From positions 28,272,001 to 28,336,000 of the forward strand of contig CM126227.1 in the NCBI GenBank assembly GCA_052327205.1: a stretch of 64,000 bases of DNA, written 5' to 3'. The first letter of the stretch is position 1; every line of letters begins with the position of its first letter. The notes beneath the pieces are model-generated. The model was not told the origin of the DNA. It was given only the letters and a program-made list of their open reading frames with translations, and searched no databases. The translations under genes were made by a program, and so were the position numbers. Shown in pieces: positions 35,228 to 49,084 of this stretch. The DNA is from Somniosus microcephalus. Lineage: Eukaryota.

Positions 35228-37373
35228 GGGGGTCGATTTTGGCCGCCTTTGCCCTGCATTAACCGGGCGGTAACAGCCTCAAAATGGGGGTTGTAGACTC
35301 ACCCTCCTGTGACACCAGCAAGGAAGCTGGCTCAATTTTGAACGGGGCCTACTGATGGGTTTCCAAAGCGCCTGCCTATTTCAACAACAACAACTTGTAT
35401 TTATATAGCGCCTTTAACATAGTAAAGCATCCCAAGGCACTGCACAGGAGTATTTTAAGACAAAAAATTTGACACCAAGCCACATAAGGATAAATTAGGG
35501 CAGGTGATTAAAAGCTTGGTCAAAGAGATAGGATTTAAGGAGCGTCTTAAAGGAGGAAAGAGAGGCAGAGAGATTTAGACAGGGAATTCCAGAGCTTAAG
35601 GCCGAGGCAACAGAAGGCACGGCCATCAAAGGTTGAGCGATTATAATCAAGGATGCTCAAGAGGGCAGAATTAGAGGAGCGCAGATATCTCGGGGGATTG
35701 TGGAGCTGAAGGAGATTACAGAGATAGGAAGGGGCGAGGCCATGGAGGGATTTGAAAACAAGGATGAAAATTTAAGCACTGCTTAACCAGGAACCAGTGT
35801 AGGTCAGCGAGCACAGGGGAGATGGGCGAACGGGACTTTCAGGCGAAAGGTCCCTTTTAATATGGAAATCGGGCTCCTAAGCCTATCTCATGGAGCCAGT
35901 GCTGCTCAGTAGCTCCTGGTGTATAGCCACCTTCTGTAGGCTGCACCCTCGAGATCTTCATCTCGGCCTTCTGCAGCAGGGCTAGGATGCAAGCTCTCCC
36001 TCCGACGAGCAGCTTCCTGAGCCGCCTTATGTCCGTACACTTGTGCACTAGTGCTGCGTAAGCCTCCGTGTGCAGACCCGGCTAGCCTAGCCTCTAAACC
36101 ACACAGGGTGCCAGTCTCTGAGCTGACACTTGCTACGGTAAGGTCGAGTGGCAGTGTGTCTTCATCATAGCTATGGCCCGGTTCCAGCTCGTTGACCACT
36201 GGAGGCTCTACATGTGCTACACCTGAAAGGGAAGAGAGGAACAAGGGTTAACATTTGGTGTCGAGGGTAAGCTGAGACAGGTGAGTGGCTGCTGAAAGCA
36301 GCTGCAGAGCCTGTGAGCGTGAGGTTTCAGTGAGAAGGGAAAGAGGACAAGATGGCCAAGAACTCTGCAGGATGCATTCTCCAGTCTTGCCACCCCCAAC
36401 GCCCCTGACGCGACCCATCCCCACGATCTCTACGATCTCTTCTTCGACTAGGGGAAAGGTGTGAATAGAGGTGCTCATGTTCTTGCCTGCTCCCTATTAA
36501 TGCTTGCGAGCTTCTACTGCAAGAAAGAAGGGAGAATGTTCACTGTAGACTAGTGAGATGCTTTGAGGATATGCAGATCAATGTAAAATAGTGGTGTTGG
36601 TGTGTGAAGGGTGGCAGAGGAGTGAGGAAGTGAAGGCAGTAACAGTGAAGAGAGTAGTAGGTGTAGAGAGTGGTATTCAGAGCAGAAGGAGTGAAGTGCA
36701 TTGCAGTGATTGGAGGAGAGTACTGGTAATCGGGGAGGAAAGGGTTGTGAGTGCTGGGGCTAAAGCTAATGCAGTGTTAAGCAGAGAGTAATGACAGATA
36801 AGAGTTAGGAGTCTTACCTTCGCAGCCTTTGTCAGGTCATTAAACTTTTTCTTGCATTGCAGCCAGGTTCACGGGGGTATGCTGCTGGCACTGATGCACA
36901 CTGCCACCTCTACCCACTACTACCAAGCAGCTTATCCCAAGACCTTTACCGCCTGGTGAGACGAGGACATCTCTCCTCCTACCCACCATCTCCACCAACA
37001 CTTCCATCAACATCTCCAGTGCAGCGTCCGAAAACTGGGGGGGCCTTCCATCTTCTCGTCCACCTGCCATTTCGGCAAGTTGAATTGAATATGTTTCCTG
37101 CAGTCGCAGTACACCCCCCTTTTAAGAGGTGCAGGATGCCTTTAAATGGCGTCAGAGATGCCTGATTTCCCGCCCCTCCCCACATTAGGCGAGCCACCCA
37201 TCAAAGTGTTAGTCACGCTGGCAGCCCACCTTTTTTATGATACTGAGGAGCCCCCATCAATATGCTTCATAGATGCGCTCATGTGAGTGATGCACGCTGG
37301 CTGCGCAGTGCCAATTCTGGGCTTGAAAACAAGGCCCAGGCACATACCTACCCCGTGTCATTTATTCTAGCTC
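35228..37373 (-). mobile_element. Internally deleted Harbinger element retaining a decayed Myb/SANT gene, interrupted by L2
   Basis: Minus strand PPQFSDAALEMLMEV..RRRDVL and TWLQCKKKFNDLTK with donor AAG|GTAAG at ~36815. GGGGGTCGATTTT terminus at ~35228. Right end approximate. Confidence 0.7.
35382..35838 (-). mobile_element. L2-type LINE 3' fragment
   Basis: Paralogue of 5754-6293 with a (CAA)n tail. Confidence 0.8.
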
Positions 37374-39101
37374 CATAAATCAGTGCCTTGATTATATATT
37401 ATACATGACATAGTATAAAACAGTGTACCTTCTGACTCACCATGAGCAATGCCTTAAATGTTGCATCTAGTGCTCACGTTGTCCTTCAGACTTCAGACGT
37501 CATTGTCCTATGTGTAAATTTCTATGTCAAACAAGAGAAAGTATAAACAGAAAGTCAGCCGCACTTCTAATTGAGCTGAGTATCTGCCCAGTCCATTCAG
37601 CCTCTCTTTGCAAGGTCTTGTGGCCTTGAAGGACCACCAATTTCCCATAGCTACACCTCAGCAACAGAATAGTAAAACCCATTGACGTAAGAAAACTACT
37701 AGGCACTTGGTCTAAGCATTAAACAAAGCTTTAATCAACTGTTTTACAACATGGAGGTCTAGTTGTGTCCTTCACTAGTTCCTGTTAAGAATGTCCTGTG
37801 CAAGCTGGGCCTGTGCCTGAGTATTTATACTCTCCCTGGACAGTGCCACCCGCAGGCCGCTCAGTATTATTTCATAAGTCTTTCTTTCATGAATGACTGA
37901 TTCATGTCACCCATGTTACATGGTATTGTGTTCCTGTTCTTCTAAAACAGCACATCCTCCAGCCTACCATGGGCAACGCTACAGGAAATCCACTCATCGG
38001 TACAAAATAAAAATCATGGGAAATCTGTTAGTCTGTATAAAAAAAATCATAGGAAATTTGCTAGCCTGAAATTTTAAAAAATCATGGTGAGATCTAGAGT
38101 AGCTTTGGACAGTTAACATCACTTTCCCTTTAAGTCTAATTTTTACCTCATTTTATTTTAATTCCTCGTCCCCATTTTGAAGTTATTTCTCCCCCTTCAT
38201 CATTCCCCAATTAAAAAGGTTGGGTAGGGGACCTGTTCCTGGACCCTGAAAATGCTGCTCTCTAATAAGTCACTAGGAATGATAAAAGTGGAGTGCTTTC
38301 ACTTTTGCCAGGGATATAGTTATTTGCCATTTTGATGTACACTCCCATGTGTGTGTTAGTGTACATAAACAGGTCTACAATAAAGCCATTTTATGCTCAG
38401 CAGGTTACAAAATGGACCAGTTTGGGCCAGAGTTAAATTGTGTGGAGCAGGCTGTGGAGAATTAGTTCATGGAGAAGTCACTGGGTTGGCATGACAGTTT
38501 AAACTTTGCCTTGACAGGGTTGTGCTGGAGGATTAAGAGCAGGACATGGAACTACCACGCACATGAAATAGCAGGTGCATTCCTCAGGCTTATCTCGCGT
38601 AACAGAGTAGCCTGGGAGCATCCTTGTATTACCTCTGAATGGTAACGCATGACTCCATCACTGCAAATATGGAAAATGATTTCTTTCCCCCCGCCGCCCC
38701 CCGTCACCGACATCCCTCACTTTGATGAGCACACACAAGTAGGTGAAAAGAGTGTTTTGGCTAAATTTTGCCCTGAAATGCTGTCTGTGAAAGAAACTTG
38801 GCCAGTATGTCTACCTTTGTTACCTTTGCTTTGAGTCATTTTGAGAGGACAGATATAATCATGGGCTTTAAGAATTAACCATCAAATAACTCCATAAACC
38901 TACAAACCGAGGTTTAAAAAGTGAGATGCTTGACTCAAGGTCGCCACTTCATTATTTGTCTGAACCTCTGAATGGAGCTTTTGGGCTGTTTGACCATTCT
39001 TCCTGACCCTATCCAAAAGTTATTAGTATTACAGCACCACTGTGTAAATTAAAATAAATGATCAGTTAATTGCAGTAGGATTACCAAAAGTTAGAAACAA
39101 A

Positions 39102-39777
39102 AGGGGAAAAATTCAGTATCGCCCCGTTTGGGGCGCCATTATCAACTGTGCGCAAAATTTAGCGCCTGGTGCTAATTATCGCCTCCGACAGCAAACTTGG
39201 CTTTTATCGCCCCTGGAGGTGATTGGAGCGCTAAATCAGGCGCTTCACACCTGTCTTAAGGCACAAAGGCCGAGGAGCGAGGCGCTACCTCAGAGCGCTG
39301 GTGGAGCAAGGAAGGGCAAATCAAAATGAACCTGCAAAGTGCTGCTCAGTACCCAAAACTCCTTCACACAGCGTTGAATCTCTCCAGAAGTCTCTCTCTC
39401 TCTCTCTGACTGCGTGGTGCAAAAATGTCACCGACAAAAAAAGGCAGGAAGTGGTCGCCTTTAAATAACGCTCCCCCAGTCCCTTCCTGACAGCAAAACG
39501 CTCCCCTCAACCTGTCGTTGCTAGCGGCAGGCGGTAAGGCAGGGGGCGCCACTCAATATCCGGTCCGGGGCGCTACCGGGGCGTTGCGCACTCGAATGAT
39601 GTCACGATCTGCCAGCGCAGGAGATCATGGCGGTAGTGTTTAGCGCCGCTGCAAAATGTCTAGTTAATTTCGCGAGCGACGAAAACATCGCCGCGCCCGG
39701 GCGCAAGTTGCTTTGCGCCCCAATTGGCGCCCTCTTAAGGCGCTAACGGGAGACGCAAACAACTGAATTTTTCCCCC
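39102..39777. mobile_element. Harbinger-like MITE
   Basis: TIRs GGGGAAAAATTCAG / CTGAATTTTTCCCC; colinear with 9408-10257 but with an internal deletion. Confidence 0.85.
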
Positions 39778-41307
39778 ATAATGCAGTTGTGCCTCTGTCA
39801 CTGATGACTTTTTACTTGGATAAATAAATACGAAATCTAAAAAGAACCATGAAAAATACAATTAGTTTGTGTAGCGGCAAGAGGGATGGTGACCTTATCT
39901 GCTCTGCAAGGTGAAGGTTGTTGGTGCTAGGAAATGGAACTCTTCCAATTTTTCAAACCTATACAAGCATCAAGCAACCCACATCAAAGATTGCATGGTC
40001 CAGATCCAGAACAGAACTGTCTCATCTCTGCCTTAAACTCAACTCAGAAGAGCATCTGTTGCACCAGAGCCATTTTTAACATTTCTTTGTATCTCTCTGC
40101 GAGACTACCAGTTTAATGCTAAATTATGGTCAGTTTGGTGCTGTTGGGTCATATTACACCAAGAACATGTTTGAGACCACTTAAGTGCCCTTCCAGCCAT
40201 AAATATACAGCAACATAAAATAGGAGTCACCAAAGGAGACTTCCACTGTACATTGGGATCATACACATGCTTTTATACTCGTATATTCATATTTATACAT
40301 TACACTTTAGCGAGGAGCTGTTCACCTCATTAGTCTTGATCAGATTCAAAACTAGGTCCTGTGGGTGTAAAGGCAATGTGCTGACTACCAACACCACCAG
40401 ATAAATCCCCCTAAACGCTTTCCTTAAATAATAAATCACATACATTTTTCTGGACATGATTTTCTCATATTGAAACATTTCTGTTTCACTTGGTTGTAGA
40501 CTTGATTTCTTCTTCAGTGACCAAAAATAGATATGACCTCTGAAGGTTTCAGTAACATCACAACTGGCCTATTTGCAGCAGGCATATGAAATGTACAATT
40601 TAAAATAATGGTCTCTGAGGGGGAGGTTTCCACTGGCTATATATAGAGAGAGCTTTAATGTGTCTTTTGACAGTTTGTTATAAATTGCAAACAACAGACA
40701 TCTTCCTATAATATTTTCTATGCAAAATATACATTTTATTAAGTGTGCTGCACAGAAAATATTTAACATAAATGTATTTTACTTCTGTGTTGTATAAGTG
40801 CTCTATGTCCTGAATATATAAATATTTTGAATACACATATGTTACATCTCTACTATTGTACAATGTAGATGGACTCTTTACACCCTAATTATTTTGATTA
40901 TTAATATTAGATCTGTATTTCATGATGCCTATTTTGATATGTTTAGAAATTACATACTAGTTTGAGGGAGGTCCACTCAATCTTAATAAAATAGATACAA
41001 CTGGATTGCTGACAGTGTATAACCAATATTAAGTCATATGGAATCAGTAAGGTTCAATTTGCAAAGTGGCATCCATGATAAATGTTACCCAAGGGTGTTG
41101 TGCCTCATGTTGCTTTCTTAACTAATGTGTACAGCAGTGAGGAATTGCCACTGGAGGCTGATGCTATAGTAATTTAACTCCTTTCAGAATGCATTGAATT
41201 GCTTAACGCCAGTTGTTGAAGTTCCCAACTTTGCCTAGGATTATCAGGCTTATAAAGAAGGAGATATTAGCATCTGGGATGAAGCACTTCTGGGACTGAG
41301 CAAGGTC

Positions 41308-41491
41308 GAGGCAATTTTAACCTAATCCGCCCATGGGGAAACTGACGGGATTGGGTACAATGCTGGTTTTACACCCCGTCCTATTTTACGCTCACTTGAA
41401 AATGGAGAGTAATATTGGGCAGGGTGCAAAACGGGTGTTCCACCCAATCCCGCGGGTTTTCCCTCCTGGCGAATTAGGTTAAAATTACCCC
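41308..41491. mobile_element. Short palindromic MITE (relatives at ~43585-43790, ~61632-61720 and ~63789-63927)
   Basis: GGCAATTTTAACCTAATCCGCC / GGCGAATTAGGTTAAAATTACCCC. Confidence 0.75.
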
Positions 41492-43799
41492 TAAAAGTCT
41501 GGACTAAAGGCAATTAGAGCAACTTGTTTTGAATTTTCTTTCCCTCCCCCTCATTTCCCCCTCGTCCCCTCACATCCTGAAGGCGATGACTCACAATGGA
41601 GTTGGCCTCCACACTTGTTCTCTGGCACCTCATCTAAGTGGCCATCCTTCTAACCTAACCTGTCAGCATGTGAGAATCATAGCTGAGCCTGATCTCATCC
41701 TCGCCTGTTGTACTTTCCAACAGTTCTTACTGTGTAACAATCGGGAGTAGTTTGTTTCTTTTTCTCCATGACCCGGGGAACTGAGGCTAATTGTAGCATA
41801 CCTGCCGCCACAGCAACTGAGATGCTAACTCAGTGCAAACCAGGGACCAAACCTGACATCTTTCTGGTCTGTATGTCTCCACACATTGACATCCAAAACA
41901 ATTTGATTTCAGAATACATAATCATGATGCTGGTTCCGCCACACTACAATAATTGACTCCATTTCTGCTGCTAAAGTAGAACTATAATGAGGTAGGAATA
42001 AAGAATGGCGTAATAATAAAGGAGCCCCTAAAAAAAAGCAGTATTTTGAAAGCTGAAGTTTCTCATGCTAAAGCAATGTGTTGAAACATTTTTAATTGCC
42101 AAATTTATGTTTTTCTCATGTTTAATTAAAAAAAAGTCATAAATACAATTGATTGTCATGACGTCATCACTGGAAAAGTCCATTAAGCAGGAGATTGGCC
42201 GTATTTATCCAGGATTTATAACCTATGTTAGATTGTTAACGAGATTCATTTCAATTGTAAAAGTTTGAGCAAAGTAATATGGATTAACTTTGAGGCTGCC
42301 CCAATATATATGACCTAGACTGAAATGTCAGCAAAGACCTCATGAGTCCTACGATGAAACTGTCCCGTTAAATCTACCAATCTCTCAATGTTTGAGCAAA
42401 GGTCCCATCAAGAGCAACTGGTGAGAGCATGGGCTAGAAATTTATCTGGCCCACATTCGGGCCCAGAATTGAGGCTGTGCAGACAGCGCGGGCCCCAACC
42501 TGGAGGCCCAAGACCAGTCCGAAATTGGGCCTCGAGCCTCATTTCAATAACTTAGGCAAGCTGCCAGCACCTGTTATGCCCCCACGGGCAGCTTGCCCAT
42601 TTGAAGAAGTTAATATCGGGCCACTCGCCTCGCACACAGTGAAGGTAATGCTTCACAAACTGTGTATTGTAAATGATCTCCATTCACTTACCATTTATTG
42701 CTTCACAATTTTTTTTTCTTCCTCTTTAGGTCCTTCCACAGCACTCAGCATTCCCTGCTGAGAGGCAGGGCTGGCAAACTGCATCCAGGTATCTGCCCAT
42801 GTGGCTCTGTAACTGCCCACTAGGTGAGGTGCTCACGATTGGCTCGTGGTGACACCCTACCTATAAAGAAGCACTTCAGTGGTGCCCCTCTCCCCCCCAC
42901 CACCCCTCACCCAATAACAGCTCAACCAAGTTTGTGAGCTTGTGTAAAAAATTGTGACAGTAAACCCACATCCAACTACTCAATGACACAGTTTGTTGGT
43001 ACATCAATCTCCTAATCTGAGGGGCCTTGATCATTTAGCCTTGTTATGGATGTCCATATCGGCTAAACAATTTCTCCTAATGAGCTGTCCAACCGGCATA
43101 TCAATACCATGAAGTCGACAGGTTATCTGGGGAAGCTTGGCAAAATGTACCATAAATTTCAAAGTCATCTTAGGAGTCTGCATGGTGTTCCAATAAAGAT
43201 GTCGGAAGATTGTAAAAAATAAAATTAAGATATCCATTCCCAGGGCTCATTTTCTCGTAGTCTGATAAAAATATATGTAGAAAAAAATGGGAACTTAACG
43301 TAACAGTCAAAAATCTAAACTTAGTTCTTCCTGTTGAACCGCCAATGCTTCCACTGAGGCCTGTTCACATTTATTTTGGCATTCCCAGCAGAACACTCCT
43401 GGAAGTATTAGCTAAGGAATGCATCTGAAGCAAAGAAACACATTTTCTTTTATGCAATCTTTTAAAATTCAGTCTGACCTTCTGACTAAGAAAGGCGACC
43501 AAGAATTTGTTCTAATAATCAATGTTTTCATTATCTGAAGTCAGCGCTAACAGTGTGGAGATTATTGTAGAGACATAATGTAGAGGGGGAAATTTTAATG
43601 TAACTCACCGATCAGGTAACCTACGGGATCGAGTACACGCTACCCAATGTTACTCTCCATTGATTTTGATTCTATTCTATATCCAACACAAAATGAGGCC
43701 ATGGTCCGCGGGGGCCTCTTCACCGCTGGAACTGTTGGCCGGCCAGCGGGTCACGACGATTTGTCACCCAAAAGTCAAAATCGACCCCAGTTTCTCTCC

Positions 43800-44080
43800 A
43801 TAACTGGAGGCCATAAATTTAAGATAGTCACTACTAAATCCAATAGGGAATTCAGGAGACACTTCTTTACCCAGAGAGTGGTGAGAATGTGGAGTAGTTG
43901 AGGCGACTAGCATAGATGCATTTAAGGAAAAGCTAGATAAGTGCATGATGGAGAAAGGAATAGAAAGATATGCTGATAGGGTTAGATGAAGTAGGGTGAG
44001 AGGAGGCTTGTGTGGAGCATAAAAACACCGGCATGGACCAGTTGGACCGATTGGCCTGTTTCTGTGCTGTAAATTCTATG
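43800..44080 (+). mobile_element. CR1 3' fragment
   Basis: 'TGGHKFKI..REFRRHFFTQRVVRMW' motif and CR1 tail. Confidence 0.8.
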
Positions 44081-44243
44081 CAATTCCCTGTAATGGGAGT
44101 TACTCAGTGTTAAAACTCATGAGCAGGAGCCCAAAAGCCTGCCACTCCATGGTATCACACAACTGTGTGTGAAGTTAATCCCACCATAAGTAATTCCGCA
44201 CTATATCATTAATTATAAATTTAGATGATGACATCCTTTATAG

Positions 44244-44400
44244 TAACTCCCTCCCTAGCAGCACTGTGGGAGTACCTTCACCTCACAGACTGCAGTGGTT
44301 CAAGAAGTCAGTTCACCACCACCTTGTCAAGGGCAATTAGGAATGGGCAATAAATGCTGGCTTTGCCAGCGACGCCCATATCCCATGAACAAATTAAAAA
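44244..44400 (+). mobile_element. Non-LTR retrotransposon 3' end (CR1/L2 group)
   Basis: AACTCCCTCCCTA..GCACTGTGGG..GGGCAATAAATGCTGG, followed by an A-rich tail. Confidence 0.6.
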
Positions 44401-45880
44401 AAACACTCTAGTTGAGCAGGAAACTTAGCGAACACAAAGGAAATATATTTAATAAATTTACTGGTTAATCTTCCATGGTGCAGCAGACAGGAAGTCAAGA
44501 CCAAGCAGAGTGTTCAGGTCAAGTAGGGCTAAAGGGCGTGGAGATAACTGGACCAAGGACCAAGGCAGGAGCAAGAGAGGGGGAGGAGGCAAATGGGAGG
44601 GGGAGGAGGGAAGGGGAATGAAGCGGGCAAAAAACTGCTCAGTGAGAGAAGGTACAGGTGGCCAAAATGATAGTTAGTGGAAAAGGTACGGGTGGGTTAT
44701 CACAAAATGATAGTACCAGGGATTCATATCAACACGAATTATGGTCAGTGGGGAGGGGGAAGTCACGGGGGGTTGTTAGATCTCCAAAATGATGCTCTGT
44801 GTTGTGGGGGGAAGAGTAAGCATTGGGTCATCATATGAGTGCCCCACAGGGGAATTGGAATCCTTCTGTGTTATCCAGTAGTTTCATAGATGAACTGCAA
44901 AGTTGGCTGACAAGTTAATATTATTGCGGCAGCTTTGGGTACAGAACTAAAGTTAGCGTGATGGCAGTTTATCATTGTTAATGCCGGTCTCAGCACCACT
45001 TACAGTCACTGCATTAATTGCAGGTCATTTAAAATGAACAAAATAAGGGGCAGATGAAATGGAATGTTGTAACCCAGCTACCATTTTTATATATATTTAA
45101 TTGATAAATGCCAAATAGAGACTGAAACCTTTTCTGAGTTTAGTGTTTGTAACAACAATGATATGAAATAGTTCCAGGTAAGACGTAGTCTAGTTTGGTG
45201 GTAATGTTGGGGTTTCCCAACACTGTTGCTTCCATTCCATTCCCTGTGAGCCAGACTCCTCGCCTGTCAACCTGTTGCTTTAAATGACGTCACTGTTCCC
45301 TGCATTTAATTTTTAGTCTTAACAGAATTGTACCGTTCTGACATCTGTGAAGGACTGAAACTACCAGAGCTCAACTTCATTAAAGTTTTTGATCAATTTC
45401 CACTGCTTTCTTTGGCCCAGCCCCATACCAACGACTTCAAATATACATAATCAGTCGATGACTTGTCATGTCTCTTGAGTTGTAGGATCTGGGTTTACGG
45501 CTTTTTTTTGCTACATGATGAGTTACCTGATCTCAGCGAGAGGAAAGGAAAGAGAAAATAAAGAAAAAAATGCACCCGAGGGGTTCCTAGCATCTGACTC
45601 AAGAGCAGCAAGGGCAGAGGGGTAACAGCAGGACATCAACCTAGCCTCTCATTTGAGCGAATGGTTTGTGGCGTAGGAATACTTTTAAAACAAAAAAAGA
45701 GGCAAAAGAATATTGGGATGTAAAGAAAGTACATAACTGGGGAACAGAGTTTCCATGAAAGAAACCATTGCGTTGATTCATAGCATATAACCAGCAGTGC
45801 CCCATCGTTAGTCTGTTTCAACAGTTTTTATCATGTCGAGTTCGCCAAAGAATGTTTGGAATGAAAGAATTTTTAAAAAT

Positions 45881-46415
45881 GGGATAGAAAAACTGGATCT
45901 TATTGCGCCCGTTATAGGAGCAAAAAACGACCAGAACATTTCGCAGGATCAGTGTCCGCAACCCACGGAGATCTGAAAGATGTCCAACCCAAAAATTGGT
46001 CGGGCCATTACCCGGATGTCCCTTGGAGCTACCTAAAATAGGCGCTAGATCCGCCATTGACACATGTAAGGAACTTAACGCCTGTTTTCAGCCCCAATAC
46101 AGGAAATGGTTGCCGATAAGCGGAGCAGGTGCGGACCTATCCCATTCTAGGCAGAGTGCTCGCCCAGCGCCACCCTATTTGCGATTACCCCTCTCCCATT
46201 ACCGCTATCCCCCTCCCCCCATTTCGGGACTTACCTTCAGGCTGTTGCCATGGAGGCAAAATAGGCGAGCTGAATGTGGAAGCACAACAGGTGTTGGCAG
46301 CTCACCCAAATTAAGCGAACAAGGTCCGAGGCCCAATTTCAGGAGAGCCACAGGCCTCACAGTTGGGGCGCACGGTCCATGCACCCGAAAATGGGCCATA
46401 ATGATTTTCTACCCC
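45881..46415. mobile_element. MITE
   Basis: TIRs GGGATAGAAAA..TTATTGCGCCC / GGGCCATAATGATTTTCTACCCC; CpG-rich interior. Confidence 0.6.
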
Positions 46416-47018
46416 TCATGCTCTTTCCTGTTTAGGGAGAACCAGCATCTGACTGAGTGGCACAGTGAGTTGGACTCCAACTTGCCATGCTGTGGCCAGG
46501 TAGAGGTTGAGGTTTGCCTTTGCAGTTCCCTACATGGTGACTCCTAGATCTGATTTTTTTGTTCTGGTAAAACACCCATCAGAAGACAGGCACTTTCGCA
46601 TGAGGATGGAGCAATAATCACCCAAACACTTCCCTACACTACCAAGTGATTGGTCATAGATAGGCACTGCCAAGTCCTGGGAGTGCATCATCCGACTGCT
46701 CTTTTTGGGTAGGATGGTCAACCAGACCTAAGGAGATGAAGAGGGAGGAAAGTGAGAAAATAGAATACTTTAAAAACCTGTCTGAGTTCAGGTAATGTGG
46801 CTTGGATGTGGAATAATTTTAAAATTGGTTCTACTTGATTGAATATCTTAGGCCTCGTCTGTCCAACCACAGATACTGTAGTTAACATATTACAAGGAAT
46901 AGATGGTTTACTCTAGCAAGCTATTGTCCAATGATAGTAGACAATTGCAAGTCAGACTGACTAACTGTTAAAGTTGAATTTTTCCCCATCCCCTTTTCTG
47001 TTTCTCTTGATCCCACAG

Positions 47019-47140
47019 GAGGCCTCCAGATACACATGGTGCGGCTGCTGTACCTGAGAGTTTCGAAGTACTGAGATATCAGCGTGTGCGAAAGCCCAAG
47101 AAGGCAACCCTGCTCACTTCAAAGGCACGGCGAAAGAACA
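47019..47140 (+). CDS. IGSF9B: IGSF9B penultimate exon (GRPPDTHGAAAVPESFEVLRYQRVRKPKKATLLTSKARRKN)
   Basis: Long pyrimidine tract plus CACAG acceptor; donor A|GTGAGT at 47141; 122 nt, phase 2 to 1. Resembles human 'NAAAPERLEALKYQRIKKPKK'. Confidence 0.93.
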
Positions 47141-49084
47141 GTGAGTGACATGCTGAGCAGAAATAGGGCTGAGCGGCAGATAACTTTGAAGAAGATCTGA
47201 GTATGAATGAGTAATGCATTCAGACCTTGCCACCAAGCTCTTCCTTAGATAAACTTTAAGAGTCTGTTTTGTATCTTTAGGATGGCACAGACATCAGATA
47301 CGTATTTTCAATATCAACATTGGAACACTTAAGACATTCGTGTAACATTCCTCTATCCACTATTATAACCTATTGACTAACCCAATTATTGTCATTAGGT
47401 TAGTGCCGCAGTTGAAAGAGAAGGCAGAGAATTCTCTTGCAAATGTATTAGGTGTACATATAATAAATATCTCAAACTGTCATTCCTAGGCCTTAGTTCC
47501 TATTGTTTTAACTACTATCACAGCCCAAGGAATAATGACAAGATTTATATAAACATGAAGGGTTTATAAATCTGATTTTTTGGTATTTTTACTAAAATAT
47601 ACCTTTTGTGGTCAGTTTGATAGGTTCTACACAGGTATGACTTGCCTTCATCTGATGAAAAACTCTGCTGAATTCATTGTGGAATAAGGCTATCTGATGG
47701 AGAATTGGGCTAACTTTTACTTCAGAACAAAATCTAAGAAAGCATCAAGCAAGCCACATTAAAGTCAAATCTGACCTAGTCAACCATCCTTTACTCTTAG
47801 GAAACATGATCTCACAAAGTAGTCCATTTTAAGTAGGAAAGATTGTCTGGATTTGGTTCAGAGCTAGAATAGGTAGTGGACAAAATGTAATAGAAAGGTT
47901 CTACACTGGTACAAGCATCTTCTATCCAACTTTGTACATCAATAGCTCTTGCATAGCTTACATAAAATAGAGTACCTATTGAGTAGTTTGGATGTATCTA
48001 CAACACTATGGGGTGGATTTTCACCAGCTCTGCTGGACAGGAATGGTACGGTATCACGCTGAAAATCATGGCACATCACTGACTAACACATTCTTGTTAA
48101 TGTTATAGCAGCTACCATTTTGGTATGGTCTTTGATATGGGTGGCCCACACACCCACCAGAAACAGATGGGTGCCTCATCAGCCCGTGCAAACTGGGGTT
48201 CTTTGACATCAATAGGACCACCATGCATGTTCTGGCTGTTGGTACTTGGCACTGAGCAGCCATTACCAGTAGCCTTTAAAGGGACCACTGCAGGGTGCAC
48301 AGGAAAAGGTCATAAAAAAGGTTTGTCTGTCAATGATTTCTGTGGGGGTCATGAGGAGCATTAACGTTCCTCGTGGTCCCACGAAAATGAATCCCTGTGA
48401 TGCCCAATCCTCCGCAACCTAGGATGGCTTGCCCCCTCACCACCTCCCCCCACCCCACTTTAATTTACCTGGACATCCTGGTATCCACGATTGAGGCACT
48501 GAATTTCCGGGCCCCTCCGATCAGCTCCTGCATTTTGAGCAGCTCCATGGGGGGATGGTAATGAGTCCCAACTCCTGACCGTAAATTTATCACACCTCTT
48601 CCTGGTGAGATTGGGCGGTGCTGATGTCTGCCTAAAACAAACATTGGACCCTTTCAGGAGACTTTTTATAAAATATATTAAAAATTCTTTTCGCAAAATA
48701 CTAGTTTTTTCTTCCTGTGGTTCTCTTTCTGCCCTCTTGGTCAGAGATTTTTGAATGAGGCAGAGAGGCCTATAGTGGGCCAAAAAATACTTTTAAATGG
48801 AAGGAAATCAAGTAAATATGTATTGTAAAAACTTGCAGTAAAATCTGTAGCAAAGCGGCTGCTGTAATTATGGGCTACTTCTAACGTCCAGCATCATGCA
48901 GTTCAGCTGAGTTTTCAGTCCAAGGCAACAGTTGTACTACCAATTTTGGATCAATTTGAAGCAGTTTTGGGTGCACATGGAATTAGCAGTGTAACTTCAG
49001 TGTCAGACCCCAATGTGACACCCTGTGGAACTTACTGACGAAGATCTCCTGATACCATCAGGGCTCCTAACATTCTAAACTTAA

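Noticed and set aside
37680-37925. Possible second solo LTR
   Set aside because: LTR-like composition (TATTTATA, TGTTACA end), but no matching left terminus or TSD could be found.
40680-41000. AT-rich 3'-UTR-like segment with AATAAA (~40985) suggesting a nested gene end
   Set aside because: No associated coding exon was found, and hexamers in AT-rich DNA are uninformative alone.
44575-44620. Purine-rich G-run tract as a G-quadruplex element
   Set aside because: Low-complexity sequence with no supporting context.
45996-46547. 183-aa ORF
   Set aside because: Mostly inside a MITE, with no recognisable domain or supporting splice structure.
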